From Dehalococcoidales bacterium (GTDB taxonomy: Bacteria > Chloroflexota > Dehalococcoidia > Dehalococcoidales > BS750m-G39): a stretch of DNA of 46,603 nucleotides. The position numbers and the translations under genes are program-made. This document shows positions 1 to 7,914 of the stretch, in pieces (position 1 is the stretch's first letter; every line of letters starts with the position of its first letter). The stretch lies in assembly GCA_034409905.1 (NCBI GenBank), contig DAOUMR010000081.1:1-46603 (forward strand), in the 5' to 3' direction. Below the pieces are notes generated by a model. It did not search any database, was not told where the DNA came from, and saw only the letters and a program-made list of their open reading frames with translations.

Positions 1-100
1 CGTAATCCTCATTATACCCTTTGCACACAACTAGCACTCTCTTGAAATGATTAAACCTTAAGAAGATTTTAGCGAAAAATGGGCTCATTTTAATTGCCAT
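1..100 (-). CDS. Partial ORF directly downstream of the DpnI-like gene, running off the window; product unknown
   Basis: ATG at 100 (minus) lies 2 nt after the DpnI-like stop. 33 codons (MAIKMSPFFAKIFLRFNHFKRVLVVCKGYNEDY...) stay open to the window edge despite AT-rich DNA. Confidence 0.3.
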   Translation of the reverse strand, partial: MAIKMSPFFAKIFLRFNHFKRVLVVCKGYNEDY

Positions 101-102
101 GA

Positions 103-903
103 CTAATTCACAAGGCTATAACGCCCTGGTGCTACAAACGTTAGATAACCCTTATCTCTCAAAATTTGTAATTGCTGTCGAATTTTATCTTTAATATGCT
201 TGTTCAACGGATGTGCCTCGCTCAACACTCCTTCAAATGCATAAACCTCATCAAGAGAGAATTCCTCTTTGCCAAGTTTTTCAATGCATCTCATAATGTC
301 AAGGAGCCATCCTCTAGTGCTGATTTCCTTCTCCTCTCGCAGGAAGAGGGTTTTTCGCCATTCCGCAAGAACTTTATCTCTCGGCTCAACTTGACGATGT
401 TTGACAAAGAAAATTTTGCCTGTTTGCGGTATGCCTTGCAGTAAAATATTGCAACCTACCCAGCCAGCACGACGCGCTGTGGGCGATAAGGGCTTCCTCT
501 TTTCGATTATCTCCGGAATGAAGAAGTGTTTCGGTATGACGAGAAAATTCAGGACCTCGAGGTTTCGTAGGTCGTAACTCATAAGAAACAGGCTTGGGTT
601 ATTGCTGCCTTTTAGTCTCTCAATCATTGTGCGGTACGCACCATCGACAATTTTATTTGCAATGGCTGTTTTCTTGCTTTTTAATTCATAATCCTCTTTA
701 CAGTTCGGGCAGAAAAAATCAGCAACGGGTTTATTATTCATGTACTTATCAATATCGGAGTATCCGCAGTTTGGGCAATATACTTGGTTTGCAACCCAAT
801 GCTCAGTTAAAACCCGGACTTTTTGAGAAGGGCTCTTGTAGTCATCTGCTAATTTTGCTTCAAAAAATAGATTCATAGTAGAGCTTGAAGCGTGGTGCTT
901 CAT
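103..903 (-). CDS. DpnI-family methyl-directed (GmATC-type) restriction endonuclease
   Basis: 266-aa ORF. It is colinear with my recollection of S. pneumoniae DpnI: SPSQKVRVLTEHWV, YCPNCG...PVADFFCPNC, ELKSKK, KPLSPTARRAGWVGCNI, C-terminal winged-helix ending HIKDKIRQQLQILRDKG. AT-rich versus flanks. Alternative start at 876 (MNLFF) aligns better with the DpnI N-terminus. Confidence 0.8.
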   Translation of the reverse strand: MKHHASSSTMNLFFEAKLADDYKSPSQKVRVLTEHWVANQVYCPNCGYSDIDKYMNNKPVADFFCPNCKEDYELKSKKTAIANKIVDGAYRTMIERLKGSNNPSLFLMSYDLRNLEVLNFLVIPKHFFIPEIIEKRKPLSPTARRAGWVGCNILLQGIPQTGKIFFVKHRQVEPRDKVLAEWRKTLFLREEKEISTRGWLLDIMRCIEKLGKEEFSLDEVYAFEGVLSEAHPLNKHIKDKIRQQLQILRDKGYLTFVAPGRYSLVN

Positions 904-935
904 AATGAGGTTTCTTCATTTTATCACTGCCCATT

Positions 936-1027
936 TGGCGGAGGGGGAGGGATTCGAACCCTCGACCCCGGTTTCCCAGGGTAAGCACTTAGCAGGCGCC
1001 CGCACTAGACCACTATGCGACCCCTCC
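936..1027 (-). tRNA. tRNA-Ser (anticodon GCU), CCA encoded
   Basis: The reverse complement folds by hand. Acceptor GGAGGGG/CCCCTCC, T-arm GAGGG-TTCGAAT-CCCTC, anticodon loop CU-GCU-AA on stem GGCGC/GTGCT, long variable arm, 3' GCCA. 92 nt. Confidence 0.9.
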
Positions 1028-1049
1028 GACGCTAGAGGGTAAAAACCCT

Positions 1050-1901
1050 CTACGATTTTACTATATCATACCCCCCCGCTCGGCTCAATTTCCGCTTGAT
1101 TTCGGTCATAGCCTCCCGGGCGGCAATCTCCCCCTGCTCGATGCACTCGCCGGCACGGTGGAAGTCACCGGGGTGGATTTTGGCGGTATCGGGGCTAATA
1201 ATGATATCGGCGCCCTCGGTGGAGGCTTTGGCGATGATATAGGTGCCGATGTAGAGGGATTGCAGGATAACGTTAAAGATACTGGGCTCCTTCGGCTTCT
1301 TTTTGTCGGCCGGCTTCAGGTGGCGGACATCGGCACCCACGTCGGGCATGACGTTGACGGCGATGATAAAGTCGGCACCCATCTTTTTGAGCACGCTCAC
1401 CGGCACCGGGTTGACCAGGCCCCCGTCCACCAGGTAGCGGCCTCGCCACTTGGCCACGGTGAATATCCCCGGTATGGAGATGGTGGCCCTTACCCCCTCC
1501 AGCACCGAGCCCCGGTCAATGACCACCTCCTCGCCGGTGATAATATCGGTAGCCACCAGCGCCAGCGGTATGGGCAGTTCCTCGAATTTGACATCGTTGC
1601 CCATCGTCTTTTGCAGCAGTTTGATGACCGCCTTGCCCCCCAAAAGCCCCGACTTGGGCAGGGCCAGGTCGGCCAGCGAGAGCATCTTGACCACGTTTAT
1701 CTTCAGGGCCATCTCCTTCATCACGCTGGAGTCCTTCCCCCGGGCGCGGAAGGCGCCCACCATCCCCCCGATGCTGGTGCCGGCAATCATGTCGATGGGG
1801 ATTCCCTCCCGCTCTAAGACCTCCAGCACCCCGATATGGGCCATTCCCCGCGCCGCCCCGCCCCCCAGCGCCAGTCCCACCCTTGGCTTTTTCGTATTCA
1901 T
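1050..1901 (-). CDS. Patatin-like phospholipase (RssA-like)
   Basis: GLALGGGAARG oxyanion motif, GTSIGG nucleophile elbow, DGG catalytic Asp motif. Confidence 0.85.
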   Translation of the reverse strand: MNTKKPRVGLALGGGAARGMAHIGVLEVLEREGIPIDMIAGTSIGGMVGAFRARGKDSSVMKEMALKINVVKMLSLADLALPKSGLLGGKAVIKLLQKTMGNDVKFEELPIPLALVATDIITGEEVVIDRGSVLEGVRATISIPGIFTVAKWRGRYLVDGGLVNPVPVSVLKKMGADFIIAVNVMPDVGADVRHLKPADKKKPKEPSIFNVILQSLYIGTYIIAKASTEGADIIISPDTAKIHPGDFHRAGECIEQGEIAAREAMTEIKRKLSRAGGYDIVKS

Positions 1902-1969
1902 AGAGCTATTCTACCATAAAAGCGGTTATTGAGCCCTTGACCGCGCTGTGCTAATATGAGTTTACAGCC

Positions 1970-2437
1970 GTGGAGATAAACATTCTGGTCGATGAGGGTG
2001 TCGAAGCCGGCGTCGAGCCGTCTTGGCTTGAGGACGTCGCTCAGCGGGTGCTGGCGGCGGAAAAGGCCGGCGCTAAAGCGGAGGTGGGCATCGTTGTCAC
2101 CGGCCAGGAAATGGTGCAACAGCTCAACCGCAACTACCGGGGCAAGGACGAGCCCACCGATGTCCTCGCCTTCGCCACCCGCGAGGAGGCCGACGGCCCC
2201 GGCTTTATCTTTGCCCCCGACGGCCTGCTCCACCTGGGCGAGGTTATTATCTCTTACCCACAGGCGCTAATGCAGGCTGAGGAGCACGGCCACCCCCTGA
2301 AAAGGGAGCTTTCCATCCTGCTCATTCACGGCCTGCTCCACCTGCTGGGCTACGAGCACGAGGAAAAGGCTCAAGAGCGCCAGATGCAGGCCAGAGAGGA
2401 AGAGCTTCTGAGGCTTATCGAAGGAGGCATCAAATGA
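1970..2437 (+). CDS. ybeY: Endoribonuclease YbeY
   Basis: HGLLHLLGYEHE zinc-binding motif, about 155 aa, GTG start. Confidence 0.9.
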   Translation: MEINILVDEGVEAGVEPSWLEDVAQRVLAAEKAGAKAEVGIVVTGQEMVQQLNRNYRGKDEPTDVLAFATREEADGPGFIFAPDGLLHLGEVIISYPQALMQAEEHGHPLKRELSILLIHGLLHLLGYEHEEKAQERQMQAREEELLRLIEGGIK

Positions 2438-3006
2438 GGGTACTGGGCCTTAACGGTAGTCCCCGCCGCGGCGGCAACACCGACCTGCTCTTGGCCGAGG
2501 TAATGAAAGGCGCCGAAAGCAAAGGCGCCGAGACCAAAACCCTGATTCTCAACGACCTCAAGATTACCCCCTGCCAGCACTGCGATGCCTGTTTCGAGGC
2601 GGGCGTCTGCCGCATCAAGGACGATATGCAGATGGTCTATAAGGAGATGGAGAAAGCCGACCGCATCGTGCTGGCTTCTCCGATTCACTTTCTGGGCTTG
2701 ACCGCCCAGATGAAAGCCATGATTGACCGCGGCCAGGCGCTATGGGCGCGCAAATATGTGCTGAAGAAACCCCCGCTGGGCGACAGGCGACCGAGGAAGG
2801 GCTTATTTGTCGCCGTGGGCGGCATGAAACTGGCTCACCTCTTCGAGCCCTCGCTGGCGACGGTCAGGGCCTTCTTCACCGTCATCGACGTCGGATACGC
2901 CGGCGACTTGCTCTTCCCCGGCATCGATGAAAAGGGCGCCATCAAGAAGCACCCCACCGCCCTCAAGGATGCCTTCGCCGCCGGCCAGAAGCTGGCTAGC
3001 GAATAG
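2434..3006 (+). CDS. Flavodoxin-fold NADPH-dependent FMN reductase / iron-sulfur flavoprotein-like
   Basis: MRVLGLNGSPRRGGNT start, Cys cluster CQHCDAC...C, ASPIHF motif. ATGA overlap with ybeY. Confidence 0.75.
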   Translation: MRVLGLNGSPRRGGNTDLLLAEVMKGAESKGAETKTLILNDLKITPCQHCDACFEAGVCRIKDDMQMVYKEMEKADRIVLASPIHFLGLTAQMKAMIDRGQALWARKYVLKKPPLGDRRPRKGLFVAVGGMKLAHLFEPSLATVRAFFTVIDVGYAGDLLFPGIDEKGAIKKHPTALKDAFAAGQKLASE

Positions 3007-3076
3007 GCCGAGCCGGGTAATCCGCCGATATACAGCCCTTGCCTTTGGCGCTATAATTACAAGAGGGCTATTAGCC

Positions 3077-3397
3077 GTGAATGATTCTCTCAAACTCCGC
3101 AGAATAGAATACCTCCTGGGCACATTGTTAGGGCTGGTCGTCGCCGATGGTCTCATAAGCCAGTTCCTGATAAAAAGCGGCATAGGTCAGGAAGGGAACC
3201 CATTACTGAAGACTATAGTGGCTGAGGGCAATTTCCTCATCGTCAAGATGTGCGGCGCTGTCGTTTGCGTGTTAATACTCTGGAACATGGCCAAGAGAAC
3301 CCCCAGACTCGTCTTCATCGTCAGCGTGAGCCTGGTGGCTGTATATACGGCCATCCTGTTCTGGAATTTAGCCGTGTTCTTTATTTACGGGATTTAG
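3077..3397 (+). CDS. Small 3-TM membrane protein, DUF5658-like
   Basis: In-frame GTG at 3077 gives 107 aa. ADGLISQFL...GQEGNPLL resembles the D..T...G.E.NP signature of DUF5658, followed by two more hydrophobic helices. The 2927 start would overlap the upstream gene. Confidence 0.55.
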   Translation: MNDSLKLRRIEYLLGTLLGLVVADGLISQFLIKSGIGQEGNPLLKTIVAEGNFLIVKMCGAVVCVLILWNMAKRTPRLVFIVSVSLVAVYTAILFWNLAVFFIYGI

Positions 3398-3434
3398 CCA
3401 GAGTTGGTCAAAAGGTGGTTAGGGATTAGGTACT

Positions 3435-4307
3435 ATGTCTAAGACCATCAATATTGGATATTACTTTGTTGCATTTTTGGATATTTTGGGACAAAGAGAT
3501 AAATTGAACCAGCTTATTTCGTTGCCTCAAACCGAAGAGGAAAAGCAGCATATAGCGGAAGTTATTGGAGAAACATCGGAATACGTAAAACAGTTAAGAA
3601 CTCAATTTGACGATTACTTTGGTGCGGCTGCACAGTCAACCGGATTGCTTGACCGCTTGACTCCTGAGCAACGTAGATGGGTAGAACAGCGCAAGCAGAG
3701 CATTATATGGTATCGGGGTTTTTCAGATTCATATACCATTACGGTGCCATGCTGGTATGAAGCTCGACCAGGAGTGCACATTGTCGATATTTACTCGTGT
3801 CTGTATGGTATATGTTCGCTTTTTTTATGGGCTCTAGCTATGGAAAAACCACTTAGAGGTGGTGTGGAGGTTGGTTTGGGAATGGAGGTTGGCGAGCAAG
3901 AAGTCTATGGTCCTGTAGTCGTGCGAGCCTATGAACTCGAAAGCAAACTAGCTAAGTACCCCTGCATTGCTGTTGGTCAAGGGTTATTGGATCATCTAAA
4001 TGATGTGGAAAGTAAATGCCCCAACAATCTGGATGGCAGGCATACCCTGATTAATGTGAACAATTGCAGGAAACTGATAACAACTGATATTGAAGGAAAG
4101 CCTATCCTCGATATCATGGGCGCAGGAGTAAGATCTCTCCAGAACGAAGCTATCCCACATTTGGTCAAAGACGCTTATAAATTCGTTATTAGACAGGCGA
4201 AGTATTTTGCGGAATCAGGAGATGACCAACGTGCAAAGTACTACTCACAGCTGCGACAATATTGTGAATCTAGATTATCGCTGTGGGAGATTGAATCCCA
4301 AAGCTAA
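3435..4307 (+). CDS. Orphan protein with a palm-domain nucleotide cyclase-like N-terminal half (class III cyclase / GGDEF / mCpol-like) and an unknown C-terminal half
   Basis: 290-aa ORF, AT-rich versus flanks. Motifs occur in order: YYFVAFLDILGQ, WYRGFSDSYTITVP, LRGGVEVGLGMEVGEQEVYGPVVVRAYELES..CIAVG. The family assignment is motif-level only. Confidence 0.6.
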   Translation: MSKTINIGYYFVAFLDILGQRDKLNQLISLPQTEEEKQHIAEVIGETSEYVKQLRTQFDDYFGAAAQSTGLLDRLTPEQRRWVEQRKQSIIWYRGFSDSYTITVPCWYEARPGVHIVDIYSCLYGICSLFLWALAMEKPLRGGVEVGLGMEVGEQEVYGPVVVRAYELESKLAKYPCIAVGQGLLDHLNDVESKCPNNLDGRHTLINVNNCRKLITTDIEGKPILDIMGAGVRSLQNEAIPHLVKDAYKFVIRQAKYFAESGDDQRAKYYSQLRQYCESRLSLWEIESQS

Positions 4308-4332
4308 TTGCTCTGTTTAGAGGAGGTTAACT

Positions 4333-5013
4333 ATGGATACCGCTACCGCCGTCAAAGAGAGAAAGAGCACGCGGGCTTTTAAGCCCGACCCCGTCCCCCA
4401 AAAGGTCTTAAAGGAGATAATGGAACTGGCGCTGCGGGCGCCTTCCTGGGCGAACACGCAGCCCTGGGAGTTCGCCATCGCCTCCGGCAGCAAGCTGGAA
4501 GAGATAAAGCAGGGCTTCGTCGCCAAGCTGGACGGGGAGCCCAAGCTCGATATCGTCCGCCCCCCGAGCTTCCCCGAACCCTATATCAGCCGCACCGGCA
4601 AGCTGATGGCTACCGAGCAGAAAATCAAGGGGATAGAGCGGAAAGACCGGGAAGCGAGGGGGTGGTGGCGACTACAGGGCTTAAAGAACTACGACGCGCC
4701 CTGCGTTATCTATATCTGCATCGACCGCGCCTTCTACTTTCAGGAAGAAATCAACGCCTGGCTGCTCTTCGATTGCGGGCTGGTCGCCGAGAACATCATG
4801 CTCCTGGCTACTGACTACGGGCTGGGCACGGTGGCTCAGGCGCAGTCGGTGCACTATCCCGATGTCCTGCGAAAGGCGCTGGGTATTCCCGATTCAAAGC
4901 TCTTCGTCATCGGCATCGCCATCGGCTACCCCGACGAAAAAGACCCGATCAACCATCTCCGCTCGGAGAGGGAGCCTTTGGATGGTGTGGCCAAATGGTA
5001 CGGGTTCGACTAG
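4333..5013 (+). CDS. Nitroreductase family protein
   Basis: ERKSTRAFKPDPV motif, about 226 aa, strong SD (AGAGGAGG) upstream. Confidence 0.85.
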   Translation: MDTATAVKERKSTRAFKPDPVPQKVLKEIMELALRAPSWANTQPWEFAIASGSKLEEIKQGFVAKLDGEPKLDIVRPPSFPEPYISRTGKLMATEQKIKGIERKDREARGWWRLQGLKNYDAPCVIYICIDRAFYFQEEINAWLLFDCGLVAENIMLLATDYGLGTVAQAQSVHYPDVLRKALGIPDSKLFVIGIAIGYPDEKDPINHLRSEREPLDGVAKWYGFD

Positions 5014-5041
5014 CGGAGTAAAGCTGTAAAGAGCAATTAAG

Positions 5042-5749
5042 ATGGCTAAGAAAAGACTGGGCGTAACCGCCTTCTTCGAGGGGGTAGTTGGCGCTGCCTT
5101 TATCGCCTTCGTCCTACTCTTCAGTCCCCTCCTCAAGGGCTGGTATCGCAGCTGGGGCGCCACCCCCGCCGAGGTCAAGAAAAAGCTTCCCGGCGACGAG
5201 CTGGTTCCCCGCCCCAGGATGCAGTCCACCCGGGCGATAACGATTCAGGCTCCCCCCGCCGCCGTCTGGCCCTGGCTGTTGCAGTTCGGCTTGAAGCGCG
5301 GCGGCTGGTATAGCTATGATTTTCTGGAGGCCATGGCGGGGGCGGCTGGTTTCGTTGACGGCCATTCCACCTGGCGGGTTATCCCCGAATTGCAGGGCCT
5401 CAAGGTCGGCGACAAGGTATGGATGCACCCCCGGATACTGCCGCTTACGGTGGCGGCTATGGAGCCGGAGAGGGCGCTCGTCTTCCATACCCGGCTAGAC
5501 CTGGAGACTAAGGTCTTCTTCGAGCTCGGCGAGAAAATGCCCGCCCAGTACGTCAACAGCAACTGGGTTTTCTTTCTGCAAAGGTCGGCGAATACTACCC
5601 GCCTGCTGGTACGCTCCCGGCTGGACTATGGCCCCTCTAACCTGATAAACACCATCGCCTGGCGGGTTTTTACCGACCCCATCAGCTTTGTCATGGAACG
5701 GCGGATGCTGCTCAACATCAAAAAGCGAGCGGAGGCATTGGTTACTTAG
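5042..5749 (+). CDS. SRPBCC (START/Bet v1-like) family protein with N-terminal hydrophobic segment
   Basis: WPWLLQFGLKRGGWYSYDFLE is typical of SRPBCC-type hypothetical proteins. Coding-like GC3 pattern. Confidence 0.5.
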   Translation: MAKKRLGVTAFFEGVVGAAFIAFVLLFSPLLKGWYRSWGATPAEVKKKLPGDELVPRPRMQSTRAITIQAPPAAVWPWLLQFGLKRGGWYSYDFLEAMAGAAGFVDGHSTWRVIPELQGLKVGDKVWMHPRILPLTVAAMEPERALVFHTRLDLETKVFFELGEKMPAQYVNSNWVFFLQRSANTTRLLVRSRLDYGPSNLINTIAWRVFTDPISFVMERRMLLNIKKRAEALVT

Positions 5750-6911
5750 CCACCACCAGTTTGCCCACCGCCGCCTCCAGCCCCGAAAGCGTTAACTGGT
5801 ACATGGGAAAGAGCCGCCTAATCATCTGCACCGTGGTGTGAATCCAGAAGCGCGGGTCGTCGGGGTTGAGCCAGACGCTGTGGTCGAAGTGGTCGCGGAT
5901 TCTCTTCAGCCAGAGTATGCCCGGTATCTCGTTGCGCTCGTAATAGTTTATCGCCCCGTAGCGCTCGGTAAGCTCCCAGGGCCCCATCCTGGCATCGCCC
6001 ACCAGCAATAGTTTATAGTCGGGCTCCAGCGTGCGCAGCAGGTGCAGCGTGCTCACCGCGTCCACCCGCTCGACGTCTTTGTATAGATAGTCGTAGATGC
6101 AGTTGTGAAAGTAATAGTACTGGAAGTCCCGGAAGTGGGTGCTGGAGTGCGCCGCCGAGAAGAGACGGCTGCAGAGCTTGGCGAAGGGCTCCATGGAGCC
6201 GCCGACATCCATCAGCAAGAGCAGCTTTACCGTGTTCTTGCGGCTGCGCTGCCAGATGAAGTCCAAATCGCCCGCGTTCTTGGCGGTGGCTTTAATCGTC
6301 CCTTCTAAGTCCAGTTCGTCCTCTAATCCGGTGCGGCGCAATTGTCTCAATTTTTTCAGCGCCATGCCAATCTGGCGCACGTCCAGCGTTAAATCGCTGC
6401 GGTAGTTCTTAAATCTACGCTCCCCGGCAATCTGGACGGCGTGCCGGCCCCCCGACTCCCCCCCGATTCTGATTCCCTGTGGGTGATAGCCGGAGTGCCC
6501 GAAGGGAGAGGTACCTCCGCGCCCAATCCAGTGGCCGCCTCCGTCGTGCTGCTCGGTCTGCTCGCGAAGCCTCTTTTCCAGCTCCTTAATCAATTCGTCG
6601 AAGTCCATGCTCTCGAACTTGGCCCGCTCCTCCTCGCTCATGAAGAAGCGGTTGAGGGGGTCTTTGAGCCAGTCCAGTACCTCCTGGGTAATCTCCTCGG
6701 GGGGTTCCACCCCCTGGAAGTACTGCTGGAAGGCGACGTCATACTGGTCGTAGTAGGCTTCGCTCTTGACCAGGATGGCTCGGGCCAGGAAATAGAACTC
6801 GTCCAGGTCCTTGATGTGCCCCTCGGCTAAAGCCTCCATGAGCGTCATCCACTCCACCAGGGAGACGGGGACCTTGTTTTGCCGCAGGATATAGAAAAAG
6901 TCGGTGAACAT
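5742..6911 (-). CDS. VWA domain protein, CoxE-like
   Basis: 389 aa. LLLLMDVGGSM looks like a MIDAS-type start of a VWA domain. Its start abuts the MoxR stop (TAGATG). Confidence 0.75.
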   Translation of the reverse strand: MFTDFFYILRQNKVPVSLVEWMTLMEALAEGHIKDLDEFYFLARAILVKSEAYYDQYDVAFQQYFQGVEPPEEITQEVLDWLKDPLNRFFMSEEERAKFESMDFDELIKELEKRLREQTEQHDGGGHWIGRGGTSPFGHSGYHPQGIRIGGESGGRHAVQIAGERRFKNYRSDLTLDVRQIGMALKKLRQLRRTGLEDELDLEGTIKATAKNAGDLDFIWQRSRKNTVKLLLLMDVGGSMEPFAKLCSRLFSAAHSSTHFRDFQYYYFHNCIYDYLYKDVERVDAVSTLHLLRTLEPDYKLLLVGDARMGPWELTERYGAINYYERNEIPGILWLKRIRDHFDHSVWLNPDDPRFWIHTTVQMIRRLFPMYQLTLSGLEAAVGKLVVAK

Positions 6912-7748
6912 CTAGCGCCGCCGAATGACGAAGTTGTTGACGAAGTAGTCGTAGTCGGTTTCTTTCTTGAGCAGGGTGCCGATGAAGGGCAGCTGCTTGG
7001 CGACGTTCTCGTGGGGGACGCCGCCGGCAATGAGCGCCCGAATCCAGTCAATGAGCTCGCTGGTCGAGGGCTTCTTGCGGAAATCATCAATCTCTCTTAA
7101 GGAATAGAAGGACTTAAGGGCGGCGCTGAGCAGGCTGTCTTTGATGTCGGGGAAATGCACCCTGACGATTTCCTCCATGAGCTCCGGGGTGGGGAACTCG
7201 ATGTAGTGGAAGATACAGCGCCGCAGGAAGGCGTCGGGCAACTCTTTTTCGGCGTTGCTGGTGATGACGGTTATGGGGCGGTGGATGGCAGTGATAGTCT
7301 CGTTGGTCTCGGGGATGTAAAAGCTCATCTCGTCCAGCTCGTTGAGCAGGTCGTTGGGGAACTCGATGTCCGCCTTGTCCACCTCGTCAATGAGCAGGAC
7401 CACCTGCTCCGGTGAGCTGAAGGCCTGCCCCAGCTTGCCCAGCTTGATGTACTGCTTGATGTCGGAGATGTCTTTGTCGCCGAAGCGGCTGTCGTTGAGC
7501 CTTTGGACGGTATCATAGACGTAAAGCCCCTCCTGGGCTTTGGTCGTCGATTTCACGTTCCAGGTGAGCAGTTTTTTATTCAATCCCCTGGCGATGCTGT
7601 GGGCCAGCAGGGTCTTTCCCGTCCCCGCCTCCCCCCTGATTAAAAGCGGCCGGCCCAGGGCAATAGAAACGTTGACCGCATTCTCCAGCGGTTCCGAGGT
7701 GACGTAGTCCTCCGAGCCGCTGAATCGGGCAAAACTATCCTTTTCCAC
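6912..7748 (-). CDS. MoxR-like AAA+ ATPase (CoxD-like)
   Basis: Walker A GEAGTGKT, Walker B LLIDEVDKA, sensor TSNAEKELPDAFLRR. Confidence 0.85.
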   Translation of the reverse strand: MEKDSFARFSGSEDYVTSEPLENAVNVSIALGRPLLIRGEAGTGKTLLAHSIARGLNKKLLTWNVKSTTKAQEGLYVYDTVQRLNDSRFGDKDISDIKQYIKLGKLGQAFSSPEQVVLLIDEVDKADIEFPNDLLNELDEMSFYIPETNETITAIHRPITVITSNAEKELPDAFLRRCIFHYIEFPTPELMEEIVRVHFPDIKDSLLSAALKSFYSLREIDDFRKKPSTSELIDWIRALIAGGVPHENVAKQLPFIGTLLKKETDYDYFVNNFVIRRR

Positions 7749-7914
7749 TACTTCTGCCTCCTGAAAGATTCGCCGCGGACTTGCGTCGCAGCCGAATAAT
7801 GTCGCTATTAGAGGGTTTTAATCACTCCCAGAATAAATTATAGCTGATAGGGGGAGATATAAGCAAACTCCACTCATTTGTATCCTCGCCACCCACGAGG
7901 TAAAATAAGGCTAT

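Noticed and set aside
1158-1817. 219-aa antisense ORF inside the patatin gene, and similar long antisense ORFs at 34962-35522, 43983-44678, 41835-42395 and 22793-23488
   Set aside because: These are GC-rich antisense frames lacking stops by composition. The opposite strand encodes proteins with unambiguous family motifs.
2927-3076. Upstream extension of the DUF5658-like ORF to 156 aa
   Set aside because: It overlaps the 3' end of the flavoprotein gene out of frame and is Arg/Pro/Ser-rich. GTG 3077 starts right before the conserved membrane domain.
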